NCBI GenBank assembly: GCA_964411255.1
Contig: CAYPKD010000006.1
Location: 3,097 to 67,096, forward strand
DNA from: an uncultured Gammaproteobacteria bacterium
Lineage (GTDB): Bacteria > Patescibacteriota > Patescibacteriia > UBA11705 > DATKZF01
Length of the DNA stretch: 64,000 nt
Direction: 5' to 3'
Shown here in pieces: positions 10,940 through 21,735 of the stretch. Below the pieces are notes generated by a model that did no database searches, was not told the DNA's origin, and saw only the letters and a program-made list of their open reading frames with translations. Within the stretch, counting starts at the first letter, position 1. Each line of letters begins with the position of its first letter. Position numbers and translations under genes: made by a program.

Positions 10940-12973
10940 CTATTTCTTTTTCACTCCAAATAACCACAATAATTTAGGTTTTTTTTGTAAGTTCGGAGTG
11001 ACAAATATTTTCAAAAACTGTCTGGTAAGTACAATTGCTGAAAACATACTAATTATAATACCAACACTTAAAGTAATGGCAAACCCCCTAATCATACTGG
11101 TGCCAAACCAAGCAAGGATAAAACATGTTATTAATGTAGAAATATTCCCATCCCGAATAGACGACCATGCTCTTTTAAAACCTTCCTGAACCGATAAATC
11201 CAAGGGTTTCCCCTCTCTAACTTCTTCTTTCATTCTCTCAAAAATAAGCACATTGGCATCAACTGCCATTCCGATCGACAATAAAAATCCAGCTATCCCT
11301 GACAAGGTTAAAGTCACTGGGATATATTTGAATAAAAATAAAACAACAATTCCATATATTAATAAAGCAGCCACAGCAATCAATCCTGGCAGACGATAAT
11401 ATAAAATCATAAATAAAGCAACCAATATCAAACCGACAATACCGGCAACCAAACTTTGCTGGGTTGATTCTTGCCCTAAAGTAGCACCCACAGTTTGCTG
11501 GGTAACCAACTTGATTGGCACTGGCAAAGCACCGGCGTTTAATCTTTGGACTAATAGTTTTGCCTCTTGTATGTTAAAATTTCCGCTGATTACTGCCCGT
11601 CCGTCTTTTATCGGTTCATTAACACGCGGAATGCTGATTGGTGAACCATCTAAAAATATTGCAACAGGCTTACCAACATTTCTGGTAGTAATCTCTGAAA
11701 AAAGCTGTCTGCCCTCATCGTTAAATTCCAAACCAACCTGAGGAATATTTGTATTTGGATCAAATTCTACCTGAGAACGTTTAAGCTGTTTACCAGACAG
11801 GCCTGTATTCATCCACTCTTCAGACGGTGGAACATAATCTTTATCTAATTTCCTTTTTATTAAAATTCTGGCAACTTTATATTCTTTACTCTGCCTTTCA
11901 TCTGATTTATAAATCAAATGGAAACCAAAATCCGTCTCAACAAGATCTGAAATTTCCCCAACGCTCATATTAAATGCAGGTTCTTCAAATTCTGGCACCA
12001 TCCTGCCACGCCAAAACCAACCCAGGTCTCCGCCATTTGGGACTGTAGAAGTATCAGTAGAATGCTCTTTAACTAATTGAGCGAAATTATCTGAGGTTGC
12101 CTGCTCTTTTAATTCTCTAATTTTTTGTTCTGCTTCTTCTTTAGTTGTCTCATTCTCACAAAACTGCGCACCCTGATAACAAATCAACAGGTGACTGGCC
12201 TTTACTTCTTTTTCCCCATCCCTTTCTTCCAAAACTTTAACAACGTTATCACCTTCCTCATCTCTGACTGGCGCATCAAAAACCTCTCCCAATTCAATAC
12301 TCTGAGCAACCGAATAAAAGTTTACATAAATCTCGTCAGTATTTTTTATAAATCCAAGATCTCCCCCGCTATTTTTCGTATTCTCATCCTCTGAATACTG
12401 TTTTGCCAGTTCTGCAAAATCTTCTCCAGCCAAAGCTTTTTCTAACACAACCCTAATTCTTGATGCCACATCATCATTATAAGACTTCATATCTTGCTTT
12501 TCTTCATCAGTCAAATCACGAGATTGCTGAGTATTGCCTTCTTTAAATTCTAAAAGAGGGGTTTCACCAATTTTATTAATTGCTTCCCTAACATCTGATA
12601 TACCAGCCAATTCCACAATAACACGCCATTTATCGCCTGATCTGTTTATTTGAGCTAAAGGTTCTGCCACACCCAAATCATTTACCCGTCGTTCAATAAC
12701 ATCACGTACGCCCTCTACGGCTGCTCCTTTTTCCCCTTCTTCAATTTGAGAAGTATCTGCTTCATAAACAAGATGCGTACCTCCCTGCAAATCAAGTCCT
12801 AAATGAAAATCCTTTGAATGAAGTTCGGAAATATCCCAGCTCCATTTGGAATTTGCCCAGGCAATGGTTTTATTAATCGGACCAGGGAAATCAACAATGG
12901 CCAATAACAAAGCAATGACAATGATAATTGCCACTGAAATCCGAATTTTTGTTCTGCTTTTCAATGTTGCCAT
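10940..12973 (-). CDS. secD: Protein translocase subunit SecD with two inserted PpiC-type peptidyl-prolyl isomerase domains
   Basis: LGLDLQGG, LNAGALPVP, GMAVDANVLIFERMKEE; internal FAELAKQYSED..GGDLG and ASHLLI..GGDLGWF..MVPEFE..TDFGFHLI. Confidence 0.95.
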   Translation of the reverse strand: MATLKSRTKIRISVAIIIVIALLLAIVDFPGPINKTIAWANSKWSWDISELHSKDFHLGLDLQGGTHLVYEADTSQIEEGEKGAAVEGVRDVIERRVNDLGVAEPLAQINRSGDKWRVIVELAGISDVREAINKIGETPLLEFKEGNTQQSRDLTDEEKQDMKSYNDDVASRIRVVLEKALAGEDFAELAKQYSEDENTKNSGGDLGFIKNTDEIYVNFYSVAQSIELGEVFDAPVRDEEGDNVVKVLEERDGEKEVKASHLLICYQGAQFCENETTKEEAEQKIRELKEQATSDNFAQLVKEHSTDTSTVPNGGDLGWFWRGRMVPEFEEPAFNMSVGEISDLVETDFGFHLIYKSDERQSKEYKVARILIKRKLDKDYVPPSEEWMNTGLSGKQLKRSQVEFDPNTNIPQVGLEFNDEGRQLFSEITTRNVGKPVAIFLDGSPISIPRVNEPIKDGRAVISGNFNIQEAKLLVQRLNAGALPVPIKLVTQQTVGATLGQESTQQSLVAGIVGLILVALFMILYYRLPGLIAVAALLIYGIVVLFLFKYIPVTLTLSGIAGFLLSIGMAVDANVLIFERMKEEVREGKPLDLSVQEGFKRAWSSIRDGNISTLITCFILAWFGTSMIRGFAITLSVGIIISMFSAIVLTRQFLKIFVTPNLQKKPKLLWLFGVKKK

Positions 12974-13100
12974 AGTGAAATTATTATAACTAAATTAATA
13001 AAATATTGCAATAAAAATGTGAACAAATTCAGCCTCTTGACTTTTTAATAATAATTGTTATGATTAATTACTAAGGTTATCGCCCCAAAAGGAGGGAAAG

Positions 13101-13487
13101 ATGAGTAAACGAATCGCAAAAGTCGTTTCAATTTCATTAATGAAACTTCTTATTAAAGACGAAGAAGATAATTGGCGATTCTCAGAAATGCAAATTAAAT
13201 TTACTTTTGAAGATCAAAAAATTGGTACAGTGACCATTATTGAACCGGGAACTAATATGACAAATAAAGTCATGTCAGGCCTGCTCAATTTGATTCCCAA
13301 TAATATTGACATTCCAGTTGATCCAAAAAATCCACCATATTTATTGGTGGAAGACATTGCAGAGCAAGAAAAAGAAAAAGGATATGAAATATTTGCAAAT
13401 GAAAATAGAGTAAATATTATAAAAAGAGTATCAAAAAAAGAAATGCTGAAATTGGCTCAAAAAGGATTGGAAAAAGAATCACCATAG
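13101..13487 (+). CDS. Hypothetical protein
   Basis: 128-aa ORF, SD AAGGAGGG, upstream TTGACT..TATGAT, downstream hairpin GAAGCTC/GAGCTTC plus T-run. Confidence 0.7.
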   Translation: MSKRIAKVVSISLMKLLIKDEEDNWRFSEMQIKFTFEDQKIGTVTIIEPGTNMTNKVMSGLLNLIPNNIDIPVDPKNPPYLLVEDIAEQEKEKGYEIFANENRVNIIKRVSKKEMLKLAQKGLEKESP

Positions 13488-13552
13488 AAGCTCCACGAGC
13501 TTCTTTTTAACAGCAAAAAACCGCTGATTGATAATGTTCTTCAGCGGTTATT

Positions 13553-13768
13553 TTATTCAAGACGAGGCGAACCTTGAGGAGTAGATGCGATTATTTCTGC
13601 AAAAATTTTATTATAGCCTGGCGAAAATGAAATAGTTCTTGGAGATTTATTTTTTAAATCAGCTATTCTTCTTCCTTCAGCTATATTAACAGTTAACCAA
13701 CCATTTTGTGCAACTTTTTTTATAAATTCTTTATGCCATTTTATTTGATCTTCTCTTTTTTGCATCAA
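13553..13768 (-). CDS. Small hypothetical protein
   Basis: 71-aa ORF, SD AAGGAGGT, terminator at about 13516-13550. Confidence 0.6.
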   Translation of the reverse strand: MMQKREDQIKWHKEFIKKVAQNGWLTVNIAEGRRIADLKNKSPRTISFSPGYNKIFAEIIASTPQGSPRLE

Positions 13769-13951
13769 ATACCTCCTTTCAAATTCAAACTACTAATAGT
13801 TTAAATCAACTAGAAACTTAATGCAATAAGCAAATATATTTATAATTCCCAGACAAAAAAATATTAATAGCCCTCATTTGTAATTCAATATTGCAAAGCC
13901 TCTTTGCTTTTGTCTGTTTTAAAATTAAATAAAAACCGCAAATAGATTTGA

Positions 13952-14164
13952 CTATTTGCGGTCATTTCGAAAATATTTATCTGGAATGGTGCATCTGCCG
14001 CTATTTAATTCATCCAAAATCCTTTGTCTGGCCATCTCCATATTGCCTTGGCCAAATCTTTTTAATTCTTTACAAATATATCGATTCAATGCTCTTTCTT
14101 GTCTTTGTTTTTGAATTTGTCTTCGCTTGCGCTCTTTTTTTCTTCTTTTGTGATTAATAGGCAT
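13952..14164 (-). CDS. Small basic hypothetical protein
   Basis: Start MPINHKRRKK at 14164 after SD GGAGGGG; upstream TTGACA..TATAAT. Confidence 0.6.
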   Translation of the reverse strand: MPINHKRRKKERKRRQIQKQRQERALNRYICKELKRFGQGNMEMARQRILDELNSGRCTIPDKYFRNDRK

Positions 14165-14255
14165 TGCCCCTCCATTTCCATAGTTTTTTATTATATCATA
14201 CTTATAAAAATTTGTCAAAATAAACAGCGGAAAATCATTGATTTTCCGCTGTTAT

Positions 14256-14735
14256 TTATACAGCTTTTACTTCCTCCTCCTGCAGTTCTCTTCGAATCTT
14301 GTAAAGCATCCGAATAAAAACTGCAGCTGGCAAACTGGTGTGAGGCGATTCTTTGTGGCCCAGGTTATGGGTCAGCGTAGCATTGCCAGTGGCAAGCAGT
14401 GCTCTTCGGGCAGGTCCGTATTGTGTGAACTTTGCCCGGAGAAACCGCTCGATGAGCTTAAAATGCTCTTTGGACCGGAAGTCCATTTCTTGTCCCTGCC
14501 ACCAGACCTTACCAGTCCGTCTCACTCTTTTGTTTGCTTTTTTGCCTTTGAATTTGGCTGCTCTGCCAACCAAGGTGCAAACATGCCTCTGCATTTCAGG
14601 ATCCTTGAACTTTACTGCCTGAATCCCACCCTCAGTAGAGGCACATTTCACACCATCAATTTCAAATGGCGCAGCAGGAAAGTTGGACAGAATTGCCCAT
14701 CTCGACTTGCCATTACTTCCAATATTGATAGCCAT
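14256..14735 (-). CDS. NADAR superfamily protein, phage T4 gp30.3-like
   Basis: LSNF..APFEIDGVKCASTEG.IQAVKFKDPEMQ, AKFTQ, ALLATGNATLTH. Confidence 0.75.
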   Translation of the reverse strand: MAINIGSNGKSRWAILSNFPAAPFEIDGVKCASTEGGIQAVKFKDPEMQRHVCTLVGRAAKFKGKKANKRVRRTGKVWWQGQEMDFRSKEHFKLIERFLRAKFTQYGPARRALLATGNATLTHNLGHKESPHTSLPAAVFIRMLYKIRRELQEEEVKAV

Positions 14736-15012
14736 CGTATATCTCCATTTTCAAGTAAATATTATTACATTATAGCATATTTATAATAAAAAGTCAAGTC
14801 TAGATACTGTATTTTACCTAAAATTAAACAAAACCGTCAGCTATGCTGACGGTTTTTATATACTTACACCGCTTGGTTAGCAGCAGAAATGCCATTTTCA
14901 ATGAAAGTATTGCATGGTCAGCATCAGAAATGATACTTTTTAAATTCCGCAATAATTGAAGCAGCATTTCTGCTGCTAGCCACGATCTGAGCGCAAGCCG
15001 AACAGCGAATTC

Positions 15013-15279
15013 TTATTTATCCTTATACTTTATCCAAATCTTTTTTATTAACTGAAGCGACAATGTCGATAAGATAAATGCCAAAGCTGGAACAATGGAA
15101 TTAATAAATGGTTTTGGCAAATCAGCAAAGAAAAAGAATAATACAATTACAAAATAAGTTAATACTGCAATTAATATTTTTCTTAGCCAACTTGTCTCCC
15201 AGGATTTATCAAGTTCAACTCTTTTATTTCTTTGCTTTATCAATTTAATTTCTTTTTGCAGTTCTTCAATAGATGACAT
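15013..15279 (-). CDS. Small membrane protein
   Basis: RNKRVELDKSWETSW followed by two TM helices; 3-nt gap to the upstream gene. Confidence 0.75.
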   Translation of the reverse strand: MSSIEELQKEIKLIKQRNKRVELDKSWETSWLRKILIAVLTYFVIVLFFFFADLPKPFINSIVPALAFILSTLSLQLIKKIWIKYKDK

Positions 15280-15282
15280 AAA

Positions 15283-16137
15283 TTACGGATTTACATTAAT
15301 GATTGGCATGCCATTCTCATCTGTTGGCACAAATAAAAATGTTGAATTTGGCGAATCTGCTAAATCACGCATCATTTCAATTGAATACCATCGTAAATAT
15401 GAAGGAGTCAAACTCCTGGAAATTACATCCTGCGCTTTTTTAATACCATCAGCTTCAATCACTCTTCTTTCTGCTTCTTTTTTTTCTTTATCTAAAACAA
15501 AATCCATTGCTTGCGCTTCCTGCTCTGATTTTAATTTATCTTCAATAGATTGAGATAATTCTGTAGGAAGATTTACATTTCTAAGCAAAACATTTTCAAT
15601 CACCACTCCCCTTTCTTCAACTTTTTTTATTTGGTCTAACATTCCTTGTGCTACTTCCTGTCTTTTATCAGAATAAATGTCCTTTGCTTCATAAACAGCT
15701 ACAACATCTCTAATTGAAGTCCGAATAGCAGGTCTGATAATTTTTTCCTCATAATTTTTTCCTAAATCACGAAAAACCATTGGAGCTTTTTGCTCATCCA
15801 AATGATATAAAACTGTAATATCCAAAACCACTTTCAAACCTTCTTTTGTCAATGCCCAAATAGAATCATCCTGATGTCCTTCTCCAATCGTCATAGTGTA
15901 TTCTTCAGTTCGAATGGACATTTTATGCACGATCCGCAAAGGATTAATTAAATGCAAACCAGAAGACAGCGGCTTGTCGCTAACTCTTCCAAAAAGAGTG
16001 GTCACGCCAGTGCTTCCGGCAGGGATGACAGTCAAACCTTTTAACAATACTAAAACTACAAAAATAATTAATGGTATTCCAACAAAAACAAACTTTTTAG
16101 GAAAGCCAAATTTATTTATTATCACTGGATTGTCCAT
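15283..16137 (-). CDS. SPFH/Band 7 (prohibitin family) protein
   Basis: N-terminal TM, IPAG..GV..LFG, GLHLINP, IRPAIRTSIR, EKKEAERRVIEADGI. Confidence 0.9.
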   Translation of the reverse strand: MDNPVIINKFGFPKKFVFVGIPLIIFVVLVLLKGLTVIPAGSTGVTTLFGRVSDKPLSSGLHLINPLRIVHKMSIRTEEYTMTIGEGHQDDSIWALTKEGLKVVLDITVLYHLDEQKAPMVFRDLGKNYEEKIIRPAIRTSIRDVVAVYEAKDIYSDKRQEVAQGMLDQIKKVEERGVVIENVLLRNVNLPTELSQSIEDKLKSEQEAQAMDFVLDKEKKEAERRVIEADGIKKAQDVISRSLTPSYLRWYSIEMMRDLADSPNSTFLFVPTDENGMPIINVNP

Positions 16138-16154
16138 ATTTTTAAAAAAATTAT

Positions 16155-16604
16155 TTATAAAACTCCTTTATCTATTAATTCTTTTGAAGATGGGCCTTTT
16201 TGCGTTTTCATTAATATTTCATTTTGAACCAATGCGTCTTTAATTCTTTCAACCTGCTTTGGAGATGTGTTTTGAGGCAGATCAATAAATTTAAAATATT
16301 CAATTTTATTCGACTCATTTGTTAAAGTCATTTTCCCACCAGTTATTTTGCAAATAAAGGCAAAAGAAATTTCATCCTGATCGGGTTTGGCATAAACGCC
16401 GGTCATTTTTTCAACTTCAACTTCCAGTCCTGTTTCTTCTTTTACTTCTCTGACAACGCCCTCCCAGGGCGCCTCGCCTTTTTCCAAACCGCCGCCAGGC
16501 AGATTCCAAAGATCCCTGTCTGTCCGATGGCATAGCAAAACCCGATTGTCTTTGTCTAAAATCACTCCGAAAACTCCGATTTTAAATTTTGGCTGTTGTG
16601 CCAT
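16155..16604 (-). CDS. NUDIX hydrolase
   Basis: Nudix box GGGLEKGEAPWEGVVREVKEETG. Confidence 0.92.
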   Translation of the reverse strand: MAQQPKFKIGVFGVILDKDNRVLLCHRTDRDLWNLPGGGLEKGEAPWEGVVREVKEETGLEVEVEKMTGVYAKPDQDEISFAFICKITGGKMTLTNESNKIEYFKFIDLPQNTSPKQVERIKDALVQNEILMKTQKGPSSKELIDKGVL

Positions 16605-16609
16605 ATTGA

Positions 16610-17287
16610 TTACATTTGTCCGTTTATTTCTTTTTCCATTCTGTCTAAAAAATCTTTAAAAAACTTAGCTCTATCTTTACAAATTTCCTTTGCTGTTTTG
16701 GTATATAGTTTATCTATTAAAAATTTAAGTTTTATTTCATATTCAATTTGCGGACTATGCTTTGTCTTATCCTGAATTCTGCCATTAATACTTCCTCCTA
16801 AGTTTTCTTTAATATATTCATCAATGTTAACTTTTTTGAAAATATGTGCATTACGCGTTCCCACCCAGACAAAACTTCGAGCCAATCCGATCGCCCCAAT
16901 TGCATCAAGCTTATCAGCATCAAATAAAATCTTTGCTTCAATTGTCTCTGGTTTATTTTCTGTTTTATAGCGATGAGAAATAATGCAGTCCTGAATATGT
17001 TTGATTTTCTCAGGCTCATAGCCCATTTGGGTCAAAATTGGCTCAGCCATCTTTGCGCTTTCAACTGCATGATCTGTTTTGCCAGTCGGATCATTCATTT
17101 CTTTTGATCCGCCAATATCATGAAGTAAAGTTGCAATCTGCAACACCTCTAAATCAATTTCTTCACTTTCTTTTTCAGCAATCTTCATTGCCAGATTATA
17201 AACTCTCATTACATGATCAAAATTATGCCCAGAATCTGACGATTCCTTTTCAACTATCTCTTTTATCTTTTCTAAATTTTTATCCAT
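16610..17287 (-). CDS. HD domain metal-dependent phosphohydrolase
   Basis: GHNFDHVMRV, LLHDIG, DHA, ISHRY, DADKLDAIGAIG; likely start MDKNL at 17287. Confidence 0.9.
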   Translation of the reverse strand: MDKNLEKIKEIVEKESSDSGHNFDHVMRVYNLAMKIAEKESEEIDLEVLQIATLLHDIGGSKEMNDPTGKTDHAVESAKMAEPILTQMGYEPEKIKHIQDCIISHRYKTENKPETIEAKILFDADKLDAIGAIGLARSFVWVGTRNAHIFKKVNIDEYIKENLGGSINGRIQDKTKHSPQIEYEIKLKFLIDKLYTKTAKEICKDRAKFFKDFLDRMEKEINGQM

Positions 17288-17292
17288 AAATA

Positions 17293-20064
17293 TTATCCTC
17301 CACAACATTTTTTATATTTTTTCCCAGATCCGCACGGACATGGATCATTTCGACCTACTTTTTTTCCAGAAGCGTCTTTCACCTTATCACCAACCGGATG
17401 CTCATGCGTTTGCTTTACCTGTCTATATGGATCAGTCATTTTTTTCTGATCAAATGTTGAAGAAGTTGAATCAGATGTTTTAGCTGGCGCAGAATATGTG
17501 GCCTTTTGTCTGTCCATCACCCCTGGATCATCAGGCCTCATTAGCCCAACTTTATAAATACTGTAAACAACCTGCCGGTTTATTAAATTTAACAGCTGCT
17601 CAAACATTGATCTTGATTCTTTTTTATATTCAACCAAAGGATCGCGCTGGCCATAGCCGCGCAAGCCAATTCCAGCGCGCAGGCCGTCCAATGCGTCCAA
17701 ATGGTCAACCCACAAATTATCAATACTTCTAATTAAAATTTCCCGTTCAACCATTGGCATTGTCACATTTATTTCTTTTCCAGATTCATTTATCTGTTCA
17801 ATCAATTTTTCATATCCCTGCTTGGCGATTTTTAATAAATGCTCAATAATTTCAGTCCTGGCAATTGCGTCTTGGGATTTATCTCCGGCAACCTTTTCCA
17901 AACTTTCCAGCTGACGGTCTAAAACATCTGGCACTGGGAAAATAGTCTTTGCAGTTTCTGCAATTTCTTTTAAATTCCAGTCTTTTTGATCTTCACCAGC
18001 TGTATGGAAGGCCACAATCTGCTCTACTTCGTCTTCAATCATTTCCCAAACAATATTAGCCAGTTCATCTGGATTTTTTTCAAAAGTTTCTAAAGTTTTA
18101 AAACGCTTTTTATAAATATATTCGCGCTGCTTATTCATCACGTCATCATATTCAACCAAGTGTTTTCTAATATCAAAATGATAGCCCTCCACTCTGGTCT
18201 GAGATTTTTCCAAAGCCCGGCTGATCATTTTATTTTCAATTGGCATGTCTTCTGGCACTTTTAACGTCTGCATTATTGTCTTCACCCGGTCAGAGCCGAA
18301 AACTCTCATCAAATCATCTTCAGTTGAAACATAAAATTGCGAAGCTCCTGGATCGCCCTGTCTGCCAGAACGTCCCCGAAGCTGATTGTCAATCCGCCGG
18401 GATTCATGCCGTTCTGTGCCAAGCACAAATAATCCGCCAAGCTCTTTAACTTTATTGTATTCAGTTTCATCAAAAGGCGCGCCGCCTAAAATAATATCAA
18501 CTCCGCGACCAGCCATATTGGTAGCCACCGTAACTGCGTCCACTTTACCAGCCTGGGCAATAATTTGCGCTTCTTTTTCATGCTGCTTGGCATTTAACAC
18601 CTGGTGCGAAACGCCAGATTGCTTTAATAATCTGCTCAAAAGTTCATTTCTTTCAATTGATATTGTGCCAATTAAAACTGGCTGGCCTTTTTCACTTAAT
18701 TCTTTCACTTCTCTGACAATGGCTTTAAATTTTCCAATTTCAGTTGCAAAAATTCTGTCAGCCATATCCTGCCTGATCATTGGTTTATTTGTTGGAATAA
18801 CTAATACGTCAAGATTGTAGATTTTTGAAAATTCTTCAGCCTCAGTTTCAGCTGTACCGGTCATGCCTGATAATTTTTTATACATTCGAAAATAATTTTG
18901 AAAAGTTACTGTGGCCAATGTCCGGCTTTCTTTTCTGACTTCAACTCCTTCTTTTGCTTCAATTGCCTGGTGCAATCCTTCTGAATATCTTCTGCCTTCC
19001 ATTAAACGGCCAGTGAATTCATCAATAATTACAACCTCACCTTCTTTAACCACATAATCTTTATCTTTTCTAAATAATGCATGCGCTTTTAATGCATTTT
19101 CCAAATGATGCACCATTCGTACCCCGCCTTCTGTCCAAATATTTCCAATGCCTAAACGTTTTTCAACATTTTCAATGCCCTGTTCAGACAAAGTGGCTGC
19201 TTTCATTTTTTCATCAATATTATAATCTTCATTTTCCACCAAACCCGGCACCATTTGTGCAAATTTTTTATATAAATCACCTGATTCTTCTGCTGGCGCT
19301 GAAATAATCAATGGAGTTCTGGCTTCATCAATTAAAATTGAATCTATTTCATCTACAATTGCGTAATTCAATTTTCGCTGAACTCTTTTAGAAAGATCAG
19401 AGACCATATTATCTCTTAAGTAGTCAAAACCAAATTCATTGTTTGTACCATAAGTAATATCAGCAGCATAAGCTTCTTTTCGAGAAACCGGACGTAAAAA
19501 TTTTTCTTGAATTTTGTAAGAACCTTGTTCATCTCTTTTTTCATCAGCATCTTGTTCACCAGTAAATTTTTCATCATATAAAAAAGAGCTGTCATGTTGC
19601 ACACAGCCGATTGAAAGTCCTAAAAAGCTATAAACCTGGCTCATCCAGATAGCGTCTCTTTTTGCTAAATAATCATTTACTGTGACTACATGAACACCCT
19701 TTCCTTCCAGAGCATTTAAATAAACTGCAGCTGTGGCAGTTAAAGTTTTTCCTTCACCGGTTTTCATTTCAACAATATTTCCTCTGTGCATAGCAATTCC
19801 ACCAATAAGCTGGACAGCATAATGCTTTTGTTTTAAAGTCCTCCAGGCTACTTCCCGGACAACAGCAAAAGCCTCTGGCAAGATGTCATCCAAAGTTTTG
19901 CCGTTTTTTAATAAGTCCTTAAAATAAGCAGTCTTTTCCTTCAACTTGTCATCAGAAATATTTGTCATTTCCTGATCAAGTTTTTCAATCTGATTAACAA
20001 GCGGATTAATTTTATCAATTGCTTTTTGATTTGGATCGCCGAGGATTTTATTTAATATTGACAT
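17293..20064 (-). CDS. secA: Preprotein translocase ATPase SecA
   Basis: EMKTGEGKT, DEIDSILIDEARTPLIIS, ATNMAGRG, C-terminal GRNDPCPCGSGKKYKKCC. Confidence 0.98.
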   Translation of the reverse strand: MSILNKILGDPNQKAIDKINPLVNQIEKLDQEMTNISDDKLKEKTAYFKDLLKNGKTLDDILPEAFAVVREVAWRTLKQKHYAVQLIGGIAMHRGNIVEMKTGEGKTLTATAAVYLNALEGKGVHVVTVNDYLAKRDAIWMSQVYSFLGLSIGCVQHDSSFLYDEKFTGEQDADEKRDEQGSYKIQEKFLRPVSRKEAYAADITYGTNNEFGFDYLRDNMVSDLSKRVQRKLNYAIVDEIDSILIDEARTPLIISAPAEESGDLYKKFAQMVPGLVENEDYNIDEKMKAATLSEQGIENVEKRLGIGNIWTEGGVRMVHHLENALKAHALFRKDKDYVVKEGEVVIIDEFTGRLMEGRRYSEGLHQAIEAKEGVEVRKESRTLATVTFQNYFRMYKKLSGMTGTAETEAEEFSKIYNLDVLVIPTNKPMIRQDMADRIFATEIGKFKAIVREVKELSEKGQPVLIGTISIERNELLSRLLKQSGVSHQVLNAKQHEKEAQIIAQAGKVDAVTVATNMAGRGVDIILGGAPFDETEYNKVKELGGLFVLGTERHESRRIDNQLRGRSGRQGDPGASQFYVSTEDDLMRVFGSDRVKTIMQTLKVPEDMPIENKMISRALEKSQTRVEGYHFDIRKHLVEYDDVMNKQREYIYKKRFKTLETFEKNPDELANIVWEMIEDEVEQIVAFHTAGEDQKDWNLKEIAETAKTIFPVPDVLDRQLESLEKVAGDKSQDAIARTEIIEHLLKIAKQGYEKLIEQINESGKEINVTMPMVEREILIRSIDNLWVDHLDALDGLRAGIGLRGYGQRDPLVEYKKESRSMFEQLLNLINRQVVYSIYKVGLMRPDDPGVMDRQKATYSAPAKTSDSTSSTFDQKKMTDPYRQVKQTHEHPVGDKVKDASGKKVGRNDPCPCGSGKKYKKCCGG

Positions 20065-20311
20065 AATTAATTTATAATTTAAAAGTCATTAGTCATTAGA
20101 TACAGCAGCTGGTTTAGATATTAGTCATGTGTCATTAGTTTAATATTTAGAACCACTGACCTTAACCAAATGACCATACTGACCGCCCAGCCCAACACCC
20201 AATGACCATTATTAAAATCTTTTTAAAATTTACCATAAAAATCTCGAAAAAACAAGCCTTTTTAATATTTTTTATTAATGTTACAATAAACTTAAATTAA
20301 CTAAAATTTCT

Positions 20312-21286
20312 ATGATAAAAAAATCAAAATTATTGCCAACTATCATTACTATTGGCGCAATCATTATTCTAATTGCTGCTGGAGTGATAATCGGAGTTGA
20401 TAAATATAAAAAAGATACTGTGCCTACAAATGATGTGTCACCTGCTGATACTGCGTCCCCTGACGTTGTCCAACCTGTGGCCACTGAAGAACCGAAGCCA
20501 GAACCAGAACCTACCGGACCGACAATTGAGCAAATTGCTCAGGATTATTTACCATTTGGATATGAGCTTGAACACCAGGTGCTTCAGGGAAACTTTGGCA
20601 ACTGGAATGACGCGATTATTTTCTTTTACAAAGAAAAAGACTGCTTTCAATGTCAATATTTTGGCAAAGTTTTAGTTCCTAAAAATGATGAGTACAAACA
20701 ACTTGATTTGCCAGAATTTAATCAGTTTGACAATGAAACCGTAGACAATATTGGCATTGCTGCTGTAATGTTTTCAAATCTAGACCGGGATGAAGAAAAT
20801 GAAATTATCATTTTAGTTGAAGGTTTTAAAAAAGGACCTAACGGCTGGTCACTTTACAATACTGCAGTATTGGACTGGGCATATTATAAATTCAAATCAA
20901 TGGACAGATGGGAAAATTATTTTAGTTACAAATGCGAAGAGTCAAAATGCATTAAGTATATGAAAGACGGATATTTTAATTTCTTTGGACATTATTACGG
21001 TGAAAATGAATTTATTGCTGCTGATATGCAAATTGAGATGGATGACAATGGGACCTTCAAAGGCAACTGGGATGCTGGCTATGGCGAAGGCCATATGTGC
21101 ATATTTGATTTTGAAATAGATTTGCTTAATGCCAATGAAGGAACAATGTATAAGCCAGGCACACAACATGAAATTGCTGATATAACATATAAAAATAATC
21201 AGATTGAAGTAAAATTCCTAATGGAATTAGAAGAACTTGATTGCGGCTATGGTCATCCTGATATATTAGAGCTAAAGAAAAAGTAA
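20312..21286 (+). CDS. Membrane-anchored extracellular hypothetical protein
   Basis: N-terminal TM helix, PE-rich linker, Cys pairs. Confidence 0.75.
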   Translation: MIKKSKLLPTIITIGAIIILIAAGVIIGVDKYKKDTVPTNDVSPADTASPDVVQPVATEEPKPEPEPTGPTIEQIAQDYLPFGYELEHQVLQGNFGNWNDAIIFFYKEKDCFQCQYFGKVLVPKNDEYKQLDLPEFNQFDNETVDNIGIAAVMFSNLDRDEENEIIILVEGFKKGPNGWSLYNTAVLDWAYYKFKSMDRWENYFSYKCEESKCIKYMKDGYFNFFGHYYGENEFIAADMQIEMDDNGTFKGNWDAGYGEGHMCIFDFEIDLLNANEGTMYKPGTQHEIADITYKNNQIEVKFLMELEELDCGYGHPDILELKKK

Positions 21287-21346
21287 AAATTTGACAATAG
21301 ACTGTCATTAATATACATTGCATTTAAACATACAGAGGAGGGAATC

Positions 21347-21697
21347 ATGATGCTTGCTCATTTTAAATTAGCACAATGGCAAAAAGATGCATTATTAAGG
21401 ATGAAATATGGGAAAAAGCCACCCAAGTTTTTCTCAAACTTTAAAAAAATATTAGAATATATAAAAGAACATTTTAAAATAGACACGGCTGATATAAAAA
21501 TCATTAATAATGATTCCCAGCTCCCCCATCAATTTAGTCGCTGGCTCTCAAAAGAATATATGGGCAGGCATTATGGCCATCAAAGGAAAAATACTGCAAT
21601 TGCTGTCTGTCCTTTGGGAACACTCATACACAGCTGCGAAACTTGTGACATAGGGGGCCATCACATAAACAACCATTTTTTCTTTTTAAGAATATAA
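21347..21697 (+). CDS. Hypothetical protein (possible Zn-binding C-terminus)
   Basis: SD GAGGAGGG, upstream TTGACA at 21291, CPLG..HSCETC..HH. Confidence 0.6.
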   Translation: MMLAHFKLAQWQKDALLRMKYGKKPPKFFSNFKKILEYIKEHFKIDTADIKIINNDSQLPHQFSRWLSKEYMGRHYGHQRKNTAIAVCPLGTLIHSCETCDIGGHHINNHFFFLRI

Positions 21698-21735
21698 AAA
21701 CCGGTTCTTCATCAGAACTGGTCTTTTAATTATCA

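Noticed and set aside
14238-14786. 182-aa plus-strand ORF and similar antisense ORFs (e.g. 52011..52427, 18386..18820)
   Set aside because: Shadows of better-supported opposite-strand genes
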